This document shows, piece by piece, positions 46,215-58,742 of a DNA stretch of 64,000 nt. The DNA lies in contig JBOGDS010000003.1 in NCBI GenBank assembly GCA_050743075.1, forward strand, positions 12,614 through 76,613, read 5' to 3'. Source of the stretch: Jiangellaceae bacterium (GTDB lineage Bacteria > Actinomycetota > Actinomycetes > Jiangellales > Jiangellaceae). Both the position numbers and the translations under genes were made by a program. Under the pieces are notes generated by a model. The model was not told the origin of the DNA. It worked only from the letters and a program-made list of their open reading frames with translations, and searched no databases. Within the stretch, counting starts at the first letter, position 1. Each line of letters begins with the position of its first letter.

Positions 46215-46652
46215 GAGGATGTCCCGCCCTAAGCCAGACGTCGAGGACGTCAGGTGCCCTCGAGACTGTGAACACGCTGGGCGCTCGGGAGGGGAGCTCT
46301 TCGGGGACTTGCCCCAGCGGACCTGGACTGCCCACGTCAGGACGCAGCAGATGGAACGACCGAAGCTCCACGTACCAACCTGCAAGGTCAGCGCGCTATG
46401 GCATGGTGCGCAGGTCGTGGTGGATGCACCGCCGAACTCGCCCACGACCCAGGCGGATACGAAACGGCGCTTGGACGTTCGCGCATCAGAGGGCCAGTGG
46501 GCGCAACGACGCATGTCGAGCCCCGCAGCTGGAATGGGGAGTAACGGTGGTTGTATCGGAGCCAAGTTGACATAATGCTCATTATCGGCGTTTAAGAAGC
46601 GTAGTTCCGTTTGATGGTGCTGGGCTTGGCACGGACCCGTTTCGTTCTCAAG

Positions 46653-47576
46653 TCAATCGGTGGGCCGGCGAGCCTGGTTCACCTCGCGGAGGACCGCCCA
46701 GGCGTCCGCCACCGGACCCAGGTGCCCGAGCTTGTCGGGGTTGATCACCGAGCGGATTGTCTGGATCTGCCCGTCGAGTATGTCGAGCGTCAAGGTATTG
46801 AGCACCTTGTGGTCCCGATCACGGAAGATGGCGCCCGGCTGGCCGTTCACCTCGTGTGGCTCCAACGTCACGTCGATCCGGACGAGCCAGGGGAAGGTCG
46901 AGGCAAGCACCCGGGCAACATTGTCGGCGCCGATGATGCCCCTGGCCCACTGCGGGGCCTTGCCGCCGCCGTCTCCGACCATCTGAACGTCAGCGGCGAG
47001 CAGCTCCCGCAGGCCGTCGACGTCGCCTTCCCGGAGCACGTCGAAGAACCGCGCCGCCAGCCGCTCCCGCTCCCGGCGGTCCGCCTCGAACCGAGGGCGC
47101 CCTGCGTCCATGTGGCGCCGCGCTCGCACCGCGAGCTGGCGGCACGCCGCCTCCGACCTCCCCACCGCCGACGCGACCTCGGGGAAGCCGAACCCGAACA
47201 CCTCCCGCAGCACGAAGACCGCCCGCTCGAGCGGGCTGAGCCGCTCGAGCAGCAACAGGGCCGCCATCGACACCGAGTCGGCCAACTCCGCCGACCGCGC
47301 CGGATCCTCGTAGGGGTCGGTGAGCAGCGGCTCGGGGAACCATGTCCCGGTGTATTCCTCCCGCCGGAGCCGGGCCGAGCGCAGCACGTCGATCGAGATC
47401 CGGGTGACTACGGCCGAGAGGAAGGCCTTGGTCGATGTGGGCTGCGTCGGGGAGGCCTCGTAGCGCAGCCAGGTCTCCTGGACCGCGTCCTCGGCCTCGC
47501 TCACGCTGCCGAGGATCCGGTAGGCGATCGAGAACAGCAGCGGCCGCAGCTGCTCGAACTCCTCGGCCCGGGTCAC
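46653..47576 (-). CDS. sigJ: ECF sigma factor, SigJ type (C-terminal SnoaL-like domain)
   Basis: 'LRPLLFSIAYRILGSVSEAEDAVQETWLRY', 'LSPLERAVFVLREVFGFGFPEVASAVGRSEAACRQLAVRARRH'. The GTG at 47576 forms a GTGA overlap with the upstream gene. Confidence 0.8.
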   Translation of the reverse strand: MTRAEEFEQLRPLLFSIAYRILGSVSEAEDAVQETWLRYEASPTQPTSTKAFLSAVVTRISIDVLRSARLRREEYTGTWFPEPLLTDPYEDPARSAELADSVSMAALLLLERLSPLERAVFVLREVFGFGFPEVASAVGRSEAACRQLAVRARRHMDAGRPRFEADRRERERLAARFFDVLREGDVDGLRELLAADVQMVGDGGGKAPQWARGIIGADNVARVLASTFPWLVRIDVTLEPHEVNGQPGAIFRDRDHKVLNTLTLDILDGQIQTIRSVINPDKLGHLGPVADAWAVLREVNQARRPTD

Positions 47577-48493
47577 GCCAGCTCTTCCTTGAAACCCTGG
47601 CGCCACGAGGGGTAGCGCAGCTCCCAGCCGAGCTCGCGCTTGGCCTTAGCGTTGGAGAAGCCGCGCCCCTCGGTCATCATCATCACCACCACTTCCCCGG
47701 CCAGCAGCCGGGCCAGCCACTTGGGGACCCGCATCGGCCGCTTCGCCCCCGCGCACGCAGCCAGAAAAGGCAGCCACTCGCTGACCGGGGCCGGTTCGTC
47801 GTCGACGATGTTGAACACGCCCTTCGCCTGCTGCTCCACAGCCAGGACGGTAGCGCTCGCCGCGTCATCGAGATGCACCCACGAGCTGTAGCCGGTACCA
47901 CCCCCGACGAGCGGGAACTGCCGCTTGCGCACGAGCTCGACCTGGTCGTCGGTGGCGCCCGGCCCGTAGAGCCCGCCGTATCGCAGGACCGCGCCGTCAG
48001 CATTGACAACTACGTCCTCGAGGTGGCGGATCGCCGCCGCCCCCTTGCCCGTGCTCGTCGGGTCCAGCGGGTCCTCCTCGGTCTTCACCCATCCGCCCTT
48101 GCGGATGCCGTTCCAGCTGGCGTAGCTCTGCGCGACGAAGTTGGATACGCCGGTCGCCTCGGCGGCGGCCAGCAGGTGGTCCGTCCCCTCGGTGCGCAGC
48201 CGGTTGGTGGTGGCGAACCAGCGGTCGAAGTGCCTCATATCGGGCTTGCCGGCGATGGCGGTCATCTGGTGCACGATCGCGTCCGGCCGGGCCTCGGCCA
48301 CCGCCTCACCGACCGACACCGCATCCAGCCCATCCATCACGACCCCATCGGCGCCCAGCCGCGCCAGCAAGTTCAGCTTGCCCGGGCCCGTCGTCGTCGC
48401 CGTCACCTGATGGCCCCGGGCCACGAGCTGCGGCACCAGCCGCCGCCCCATGACCCCGGCCCCGCCTGCCACGAACACCCGCACAACCATCAC
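47573..48493 (-). CDS. NAD(P)-dependent epimerase/dehydratase (NmrA-like) family protein
   Basis: 'VFVAGGAGVMGRRLVPQLVARGHQV'. Typical SigJ partner gene. Confidence 0.8.
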   Translation of the reverse strand: MMVVRVFVAGGAGVMGRRLVPQLVARGHQVTATTTGPGKLNLLARLGADGVVMDGLDAVSVGEAVAEARPDAIVHQMTAIAGKPDMRHFDRWFATTNRLRTEGTDHLLAAAEATGVSNFVAQSYASWNGIRKGGWVKTEEDPLDPTSTGKGAAAIRHLEDVVVNADGAVLRYGGLYGPGATDDQVELVRKRQFPLVGGGTGYSSWVHLDDAASATVLAVEQQAKGVFNIVDDEPAPVSEWLPFLAACAGAKRPMRVPKWLARLLAGEVVVMMMTEGRGFSNAKAKRELGWELRYPSWRQGFKEELA

Positions 48494-48606
48494 CTTCCTG
48501 ACTCCAGAGTCTGTCTCTCACCCAAGAGACGAGACAGCCCCGGCCGGCTGTGACATGGGAGTTGGGAGAACATCGTTGGCGGCTGCTGGTCAGTGCGCCC
48601 ACAGTC

Positions 48607-48983
48607 TCATGGAGTAGTGAGCTGGCTCCGTCCACTCCTGACCTCGAGCACCACCAGCATGGCCAGCGACACCGCTTCGTTCTGCACGACTCGTTCGGCC
48701 GCGGCGTCGCCGACGATGGGTTCGGGTAGCCATGGACCGATGTAGGTCTCGCGGTTGCGCCGGACCTTCCGCAGCCGGTCCAGCGCCTCGTTGACCGCGA
48801 TGCGCACGAGGTACGAACGGACGTTGGCCACCTGGTCCAGGTCGGCGGCCGCCCAGGCCAGCCAGGTCTCCTGGAGACGTCCTCTGTGTCCGCGACGGTG
48901 CCAAGGATGTTGTACACGATCGAGAACAGCAGCTCCCGGTGCTCGGCATACTGCTCGGTCGCCCGATCGGTGGTCTCGCTCAT
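48607..48983 (-). pseudogene. SigJ-like sigma factor, N-terminal remnant (one frameshift, 3' truncated)
   Basis: 'MSETTDRATEQYAEHRELLFSIVYNILGTVADTEDV' (frame A), then 'LQETWLAWAAADLDQVANVRSYLVRIAVNEALDRLRKVRRNRETYIGPWLPEPIV...AVSLAMLVVLE' (frame B). Homology then ends, with no region 4. Confidence 0.65.
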
Positions 48984-49128
48984 TCACTCCCGCGTATTCA
49001 ACACCTGGTTGTCACTGCATCTATGACGACGCGCCGCTCCGGGAGGGCGTCCGATGTCACACGTGGATGGGCCATCTCGTCCTAGGGGTAGAACCAGCCA
49101 GTACCGACGAAGAAGCTCAGGCGATGTC

Positions 49129-50127
49129 ATGACCGAATTCGATCCCATACCGGATCCCCGCCTACCCGATCCCGAGCCACGACTCACCGATGTTGATCCT
49201 AGGGCGCGCCGGCGAGTAAGGCGACAGGTCGCCGGCATGTTTACCGTGGCGGCGGTGCTCGTCCTGGCCTCGATTGTCTTCTACTTCGCCTTCGGCGTCG
49301 AGGCCGGGGAAGACGGCGTCAACCTCGGCGACCTGCGATTGCATAACCTCGGGCTCGGCCTGACGCTCGGCCTCGCGTTGCTGCTGGTCGGGGGTTGCAT
49401 TGTGCGCTGGTCGCGCTCGTTGACGAACAGTACGGAGATCGTCGAGCGCAGGGAACTGAGCGGCTCCGGTGATGCCGACGAGCCAGGCTCGGAGCGTACC
49501 GGCCGCGAGGCGAAAGGCGCCGGGTTCGGGCGGCGCCGGCTGATCCGCAGTTCGCTGCTCGGTGCTCTCGTGCTGCTGCCGCTGCCGACCATCGGGGTGC
49601 TGCGCGGCTTGGACCGGGAGGCGGGCACCAGGCGTGGGCGCACTGCGTGGGCCGAGGGTGTGCGGTTGCTGACCGATGTCGGCTACCGACCTGTTCGAGT
49701 GTCCGATCTCCAGGTCGGCGGGATGGTCAGTGTCATGCCGGCCAGCTTCCTTGACTTGCCCGAAGCGGGTCCGGCGCGGCTGAACGAGCGGGCCAAGTCG
49801 CCGGTCGTGCTGGTCCGGATGCGACCGGAGGAACTGGCGCCCGCTGAGGGGCGGGAGAACTGGCACGTCGACGGGATCGTCGCCTACTCGAAGATCTGCA
49901 CCCACCTCGGGTGCCCGGTCAGCCTCTACGAGCGCACGACGCACCACCTGCTGTGCCCCTGCCACCAGGCAACCTTCGATCTCGCGGACAACGGGGCGGT
50001 GGTCTTCGGCCCGGCCACCCGCTCGTTGCCGCAGCTACCGCTTTCGGTCGACGACGACGGAATTCTGGTTGCGCGAAGCGACTTCACTGAGGCTGTCGGG
50101 CCGAGCTACTGGGAGCGGGAAGCATGA
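49129..50127 (+). CDS. qcrA: Rieske [2Fe-2S] subunit of a cytochrome bc-type complex (QcrA-like)
   Basis: Three TM helices (the third preceded by RRR). 'CTHLGCPVS' and 'CPCHQATFD' cluster-binding boxes. Confidence 0.85.
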   Translation: MTEFDPIPDPRLPDPEPRLTDVDPRARRRVRRQVAGMFTVAAVLVLASIVFYFAFGVEAGEDGVNLGDLRLHNLGLGLTLGLALLLVGGCIVRWSRSLTNSTEIVERRELSGSGDADEPGSERTGREAKGAGFGRRRLIRSSLLGALVLLPLPTIGVLRGLDREAGTRRGRTAWAEGVRLLTDVGYRPVRVSDLQVGGMVSVMPASFLDLPEAGPARLNERAKSPVVLVRMRPEELAPAEGRENWHVDGIVAYSKICTHLGCPVSLYERTTHHLLCPCHQATFDLADNGAVVFGPATRSLPQLPLSVDDDGILVARSDFTEAVGPSYWEREA

Positions 50128-51805
50128 CGAACACCAGCCAGACTCCTACGAAGCCGAGCCGCACCTGGGCGCTGAGGCAGGCCGGAAGGGTGGTCGGCTT
50201 CGTTGACCAGCGGATCACGGCGAGTCGCTGGGTGAAGCGCAATGCGCGCAGGGCTTTTCCCGATCACTGGTCGTTCTGGCTGGGCTACATCGCCTTCTTC
50301 AGTCTCATCGTGGTCCTGGTGTCGGGCGTGTTCCTGACACTGTGGTTCAAGCCGTCGATGACACCCGTCGTGTATGACGGTGCGTACGCGCCCTTGCAGG
50401 GTGTGGTCGTCTCCGAGGCGTACGCGTCCACGCTGGACCTCTCCTTCGAGGTCCGCGGTGGCCTGCTGATGCGCCAGGTCCACTACTGGGCGACGCACAT
50501 ATTCATCGCCGCCATGGTGGTGCACCTGCTACGCGTCTTCTTCACCGGTGCGTTCCGCACGCCTCGGAAGCTCAACTGGCTGATCGGGCTTGGCCTCTTG
50601 TTACTAGGGATCCTCGGCGGGTACACCGGCCACGCGTTGCCAGATGACCTTCTCTCGGGGACGGGCCTACGGGTGATCGAAGGTGGGATGCTCGCCATCC
50701 CGATCGTCGGGACCTACCTATCATCGTTCATCTTCGGCGGCGAGTACCCGGGAGACGACGCCGTCTCCCGCCTCTACCTGTTGCACGTGTTCGTGTTGCC
50801 AGGACTCATCGTGGCGCTCCTCACAGCGCATCTGATCCTGGTCAGGCGCCAGCGGCCCACCCAGTGGGGCGGCGCGGGCAGGACGAACCAGAACGCCGTG
50901 GGCTCCCCACTCACCGTGCACCTGGCCAGGGCCGGCGGGTTCGCGGTCATCATCTCCGGGTTCATCATCATGATGGCGGCCACCCTGCAGATCAACCCGG
51001 TCTGGCTCCGGGGACCCTACAATCCCTCACAGGTTGACGCGGGTAGCCGGCCGGACTGGTATCTCGCGTTCCTCGACGGCGCGCTTCGGCTGATGCCACC
51101 CTGGGAGATCGACGTACTCGGACACACCTTGACGCTGAGTGTCCTCGTGCCGACGGCCGTGCTGCCCGGGATCATCCTCGCAACGCTGGCTATATACCCG
51201 TGGATCGAACACAAGATCACCGGCGACGAAGGTGACCAGCACCTCCTGGACCGGCCGCGGAACATGCCCACACGGACCGGGCTCGGCGTCGCGTTCATCG
51301 TCTTCTACGTCCTGCTCTGGATCGCCGGCGGCAACGACCATCTCGCAACTTCTTTCGATGTCTCGGTGAACTGGGTGACGCGGTCCCTGCAGATCGGCAT
51401 CGTCGTGATGCCGCCGCTTGGGTACTGGGTCACGAAGCGAATCTGCGTCGGCCTGCAACACCGAGACCGCGACAAAGTCCTGCACGGGCGGGAATCCGGC
51501 ATCATCATCGCCAGCCCCGGAGGTGGGTTCTCCGAGGTGCGCATCCCGCTCAGCCAGCACGACGCGTACGCGCTCACCTCGCATGAGCGTCGGGTGCCGT
51601 TCGAACCGGATCCGGAGACCGATGAGAACGGGATTCCGGCCCCGCGGCAACGCTCATCGAGGCTTCGCGCACGGCTGTCAAGAGTCTACTTCGGGGACAT
51701 CGTACCCAAGCCCACGGTCGAGGAACTCAGGGCGGCTCAGCACGAGGCCGAAACCGAGCATAGGTCCACGGCACCTGCAAGGACCGACGCAGGTGGAGCT
51801 CAACC

Positions 51806-51809
<4 letters not shown>
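50124..51809 (+). CDS. qcrB: cytochrome b subunit (QcrB-like)
   Basis: Heme-ligand pairs 'HYWATHIFIAAMVVH' and 'HVFVLPGLIVALLTAH'. Qo-site 'PDWY'. ATGA overlap with qcrA. Confidence 0.9.
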
Positions 51810-52378
<569 letters not shown>

Positions 52379-52386
52379 GATTGCAG

Positions 52387-52419
52387 AAGGCCCCGTCCCG
52401 GGGTTGGGGCGGGGGCCTT
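52387..52419 (+). terminator. GC-rich hairpin 9 nt after the J-domain gene stop
   Basis: aaggccccgtccc / ggggtt / ggggcgggggcctt (13 pairs, one bulge). No U-tract. Confidence 0.55.
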
Positions 52420-52561
52420 GGTGGCGGGAAAACTACACCCTCACACCCTCCGACACGCCGTAACGAACCACGATTAATTCTTCGCGGGCACGCGGGCACT
52501 TAGGTAGGACGAGTTGAACTAGATGAGAGAACTCGTCTCACGGTGTCCGCGAGGGCCTCGG

Positions 52562-54949
<2,388 letters not shown>

Positions 54950-55108
54950 CGTGTCTCCATCTGTTACGCGGAGTCGCCTTTGCGGTCTCCGTCGGCGTCG
55001 CCTGGCTCGATCTAATCAGTTCGAGCAGTACGTCTGGTTCTCCTTCGTCCGCACGGTCGCGGCAACGGTCCCCCGTTACCTGGTCGGTCGGGGTCGGCCC
55101 GCCCTACC

Positions 55109-55723
55109 TCAGGCTGCGGCGGCCTCCCACGCGAACCCGTCCGGGTCGGTGAAGGGCCCGGCATCGCTGCCAATGACGATCCGGTGCGATCCGGTGCCGT
55201 CCGGGGAGACGCCGGCGTCCTTGGCGAGAGCACGGCGCCCGTAGAGCGCCAGCTTGACGTGCGTCGACGGGGTTGCGAACTCGACGTACTTGCGGCCAAA
55301 GCTCTTCGCCACGGCCAGGCCGCGGTCGACGTAGAACCGCTTGCTCGCGGCAATGTCCGTGACTCCCAACAGGAGCACGACCTCATCGATCCGCCGGGTG
55401 GCCGGCTCGGTGTCCTTCTTCGACGCCGTTGCAACCTTCCAGATCGCCCCGTCCGGGGCACGTACGACGCCGCCGTAGCCCCAGAACCCCTTCGCGGCTG
55501 GCTTCAGCGGCGTGGCGCCGGCGTCGAGGGCCGTGCCGATGAGGCCGTCGACGGTGCTCGGCTGGGACACCACGAGCGAAAGCGTGAACCCACGAAAGCC
55601 TGTCGTCGGTGCCTCCGAGGCACGTACGCCCATGTGTGTGCCCAAACCGAAGGCGGCGGTGTGGAAGGCGTTGGCGACCGCAGGGTCGGGCACTTCGAGG
55701 GTGACGGATTTGATGGAGGTCAT
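55109..55723 (-). CDS. VOC (glyoxalase/bleomycin-resistance/dioxygenase) family protein, two-domain
   Basis: ATG at 55723 preceded by GAAAGGA. 'IKSVTLEVPDPAVANAFH' and 'VVLLLGVTDIAASKRFYV' beta-alpha-beta-beta-beta starts. Confidence 0.75.
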   Translation of the reverse strand: MTSIKSVTLEVPDPAVANAFHTAAFGLGTHMGVRASEAPTTGFRGFTLSLVVSQPSTVDGLIGTALDAGATPLKPAAKGFWGYGGVVRAPDGAIWKVATASKKDTEPATRRIDEVVLLLGVTDIAASKRFYVDRGLAVAKSFGRKYVEFATPSTHVKLALYGRRALAKDAGVSPDGTGSHRIVIGSDAGPFTDPDGFAWEAAAA

Positions 55724-55855
55724 GGCGGGTCCTTTCAATGAGGTGGGTTTGTCGTCTGTTGACGGCCACCACGCCGCGGATGTGACAGGGGTACGATCGT
55801 GGCTGGCATCCAGCCAGGGGTTGAGCCGGGTTGATATCTGTGATCGCCGGACGGC

Positions 55856-56275
55856 TCAGCGCAGCTCGTTGATGCGGATCAGGTTGCCGGTTGGATCGCG
55901 GAAGGCGCAGTCGCGAACGCCGTAGGGCTGCTCGGTCGGCTCCTGGACGACCTCGGCGCCGCTGGCCTCCAGCCGCTCGAAGACGCCGTCCAGGTCGGGG
56001 GTGGCCAGGGTGATGCCGATGTAGCTGCCCTTGGCGATCATCTCGAGGATGACGCGGCGCTCGTCGTCGGTGATGCCGGGGTCGGCCGCCGGCGGGTGTA
56101 ACACGATGGACGTGCCCGGCTGATTGGCGGGCCCGACCGTGATCCAGCGCATCCCGTCGTATCCGACGTCGTTGCGGACCTCGAAGCCGAGGGTGTCGCG
56201 ATAGAAGGCGAGTGCGGCGTCCGGGTCGGTCTGCGGGAGGAAGGCGTAGTGAATGGTGATGTCCATGGCCGTCAC
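55856..56275 (-). CDS. VOC family protein (glyoxalase/bleomycin-resistance-like)
   Basis: 'FLPQTDPDAALAFYRDTLGFEV...PYGVRDCAFRDPTGNLIRI'. Confidence 0.85.
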   Translation of the reverse strand: MTAMDITIHYAFLPQTDPDAALAFYRDTLGFEVRNDVGYDGMRWITVGPANQPGTSIVLHPPAADPGITDDERRVILEMIAKGSYIGITLATPDLDGVFERLEASGAEVVQEPTEQPYGVRDCAFRDPTGNLIRINELR

Positions 56276-56721
56276 GTTAATTGCGGCTCGGTGACCCGCG
56301 CTTCTCGATTCCTGATCGGTCTGGTCACCTGCTTAGCGATGCACGACGGCATCTCCCCCGTCGCGCGCGCCGCCTGACGCCGATAGACGCTGGGCGGCAC
56401 ACCGACCAGCTCGGTGAAGCGAGTGCTGAAGGTGCCCAGCGACGAGCAGCCGACCGCGAAACACACGTCGGTGACGCTGAGGTCGCCACGACGCAGCAGC
56501 GCCATCGCGCGCTCGATGCGCCGCGTCATCAGATAGCCGTACGGCGGCTCGCCGTAGGCGAGCCGGAACTGGCGGCTGAGGTGACCGGCCGACATGTTCA
56601 CACCGCGGGCGAGCGCCTCGATGTCCAACGGCTGCGCGTACTCCCGGTCGATCCGGTCGCGGACGCGGCGCAGCCGCGCGAGGTCGCGCAGGTGCTGCGC
56701 CGCGGCGGGGCTGCTGGTCAC
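56272..56721 (-). CDS. AraC-family HTH regulator (DNA-binding domain only)
   Basis: 'IEALARGVNMSAGHLSRQFRLAYGEPPYGYLMTRRIERAMALLRRGDLSVTDVCFAVGCSSLGTFSTRFTELVG'. GTG at 56721. Overlaps the VOC gene start. Confidence 0.8.
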   Translation of the reverse strand: MTSSPAAAQHLRDLARLRRVRDRIDREYAQPLDIEALARGVNMSAGHLSRQFRLAYGEPPYGYLMTRRIERAMALLRRGDLSVTDVCFAVGCSSLGTFSTRFTELVGVPPSVYRRQAARATGEMPSCIAKQVTRPIRNREARVTEPQLT

Positions 56722-56794
56722 TGCGAGATCGTGCCACGTCGCACCGGAGTTGCCTAGCGCCGCTGGCGTCCCACCCCACTCCGTGTCCGCTCGG

Positions 56795-56976
56795 GCCTGG
56801 TTCACCTCGCGGCTGAGCGCCCAGGCGTCCGCCACCGGACGCAGGTGCCCGAGCTTGTCGGGGTTGATCACCGAGCGGATCGTCTGGATCTGCCCGTCGA
56901 GGATGCGAGCGCGAAGGTGCCGAGGACCTTGTTGTCCCGGTCGCGGAAGATCGCGCCCGGCTGGCCGCTCACCTCG
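56795..56976 (-). pseudogene. 3' fragment of a SigJ-type sigma factor gene (last ~60 codons)
   Basis: Hand alignment to 46672..46854 shows about 90% identity with one 1-nt gap. Encodes '...ILDGQIQTIRSVINPDKLGHLRPVADAWALSREVNQA'. No upstream part of the gene is present. Confidence 0.65.
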
Positions 56977-57102
56977 ATATCGGACGTTTGTCCAGCTCAG
57001 GGCGGCTCTGGAGGTTGTCTCGTGCTCGGGCGGACCCGCCCGTTCCGTCCATCCCGTCCCTCCCCCGACTCTGAAGTCGGTGGCTGCCCCTAGGTTTGCG
57101 AC

Positions 57103-57813
57103 ATGACCACCACACCGATCGTTCTGGTTCCTGGGTTCTGGCTGGGCGCGTGGGCCTGGGACGAGGTCGCCGCCGCCCTGCGCGCCGACGGGCACGACGT
57201 CACCGCGGTGACGCTGCCCGGTCTCGAGTCGGCTGACACCGACCGGTCCTCGATCACGCTGGAAGACCACGTCGACGCGATCTGCGAGGCGGTGGCGGCG
57301 GCGGGGCCTCCCGTCGTGCTCGCCGTGCACAGCGGTGCCGGCGCCCCGGGCTACGGGGTCACAGACCGGATCCCCGAGCAGATCGCGGCGATGGTCTACG
57401 TCGACACCGGCCCGGCGAAGGGCGCGCTCGATCCCGACTTCGACGGTGTCGAGAAGCCGCTGCCCTCGCGGGAGGAGCTCGAGGAGGAGGAGAACCTCGA
57501 CGGGCTCACCGAGGAGCAGCTCGAGACGTTCCGGCAGCGGGCAGTTCCCGAGCCGGGTACGGCGCTGCGCGAGGCCCTCGAGCTGCGCAACGACGCGCGC
57601 CTCGACGTGCGGAGCACGGTCGTGTGCACGGCGTTCACGTCCGAGCAGTACAAGGAAGCCGTCAAGGAGGGCTATGCGTTTCTCGCCGGCCTGGCCGAGC
57701 TGCGCGACGTGACCTGGGTCGACGTACCGACGAGCCACTGGCCGATGTGGTCGCGCCCGCAGGATCTCGCCGCGGTCATCGGCAACGTCGCGCAAGGCGC
57801 ATCCGGGGCCTGA
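57103..57813 (+). CDS. alpha/beta-fold hydrolase
   Basis: 'PIVLVPGFWLGAWAWDEV' and 'VLAVHSGAGAPG' (nucleophile elbow). 236 aa. Confidence 0.8.
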   Translation: MTTTPIVLVPGFWLGAWAWDEVAAALRADGHDVTAVTLPGLESADTDRSSITLEDHVDAICEAVAAAGPPVVLAVHSGAGAPGYGVTDRIPEQIAAMVYVDTGPAKGALDPDFDGVEKPLPSREELEEEENLDGLTEEQLETFRQRAVPEPGTALREALELRNDARLDVRSTVVCTAFTSEQYKEAVKEGYAFLAGLAELRDVTWVDVPTSHWPMWSRPQDLAAVIGNVAQGASGA

Positions 57814-58010
57814 CGGACCGATCACCAGAGCCGTGTCGTGGGGACGCGGACGACGTTGCCGAGAACGACACCGGCGCAAGGAGTTCTTGACGCCCCCGAT
57901 CGAGATCGAGAGAGAGAGAGCACCTTTATGGGCCGGCGTTTCGGCCCGACGGCATCGTCGATCCGCGAGGAGTCGCAGCAGCAGGTCCGCGACCGGCAGG
58001 AGGTCACGAC

Positions 58011-58742
58011 ATGACCGTCCTGCAGACCAGCGACCTGACCAAGGCCTTCGGTGGCGTGCGTGCCGTCGACGGCGTCAGCGTCGAACTGCGCGACGGCCTG
58101 GTGAACGGCCTGATCGGGCCCAACGGTTCGGGAAAGACCACCTTCTTCAACCTGGTCACCGGGATGATCAGGCCCGACGCCGGGCACGTGGTCGTCCACG
58201 GGCGCGACGTGACGGGGTGGTCGCCACACCGGATCGCCCATGTCGGGCTCGGCCGGACCTTCCAGCTGTGCCGGGTCTTTCCACGGCTCAGCGTGCTGGA
58301 CAATATGCTGGTGGCGCTGCGGCGCACGCGCCTGCGCGAGGTGCTGGGCGGACTGGGCAACCGGGCGGACACCGATCGGGCCCGGACGTGGCTGACGCGG
58401 GTCGGCCTCGACCACCTGGAGCGGGCGGAGGCGAGAGACCTCTCGTTCGGTCAGCAGAAGCTGCTGGAGCTTGCCGCCGTGCTGATGGCAGAGCCGTCGC
58501 TGATCCTGCTCGACGAGCCGGCCGGCGGTGTCAACCCGGCACTGATCGAGCGGATCGCGGGCCTGGTCCGCGACCTCAACGGTGAAGGCCGGACGTTCCT
58601 CGTCGTCGAGCACAACATGGATCTCGTCATGAGCCTCTGCGACCACGTCGTCGTCTTCGACCGCGGGAAGCCGATCGTCGCCGGCACACCGGCCGAGGTC
58701 CAGGCCGACGAGCGGGTGCTGGAGGCGTATCTCGGTGTCTGA
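58011..58742 (+). CDS. livG: branched-chain-amino-acid-type ABC transporter ATP-binding protein (LivG-like)
   Basis: 'FGGVRAVDGVSVELRDGLVNGLIGPNGSGKTTFFNLVTG', 'LSFGQQKLLELAAVLMAEPSLILLDEPAGG'. Confidence 0.85.
   Translation: MTVLQTSDLTKAFGGVRAVDGVSVELRDGLVNGLIGPNGSGKTTFFNLVTGMIRPDAGHVVVHGRDVTGWSPHRIAHVGLGRTFQLCRVFPRLSVLDNMLVALRRTRLREVLGGLGNRADTDRARTWLTRVGLDHLERAEARDLSFGQQKLLELAAVLMAEPSLILLDEPAGGVNPALIERIAGLVRDLNGEGRTFLVVEHNMDLVMSLCDHVVVFDRGKPIVAGTPAEVQADERVLEAYLGV

Noticed and set aside
56272-57879. A 535-aa minus-strand ORF that looks like one large gene.
   Set aside because: Only the last ~150 codons (AraC HTH) are real. The middle is the out-of-context sigJ fragment read partly in frame. 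The 5' part is antisense to the alpha/beta hydrolase gene.
57908-57920. The (GA)6 dinucleotide tract as a phase-variation switch.
   Set aside because: It is too short, and it lies in apparently non-functional DNA upstream of a truncated operon. It is noted only as a possible deletion-junction landmark.
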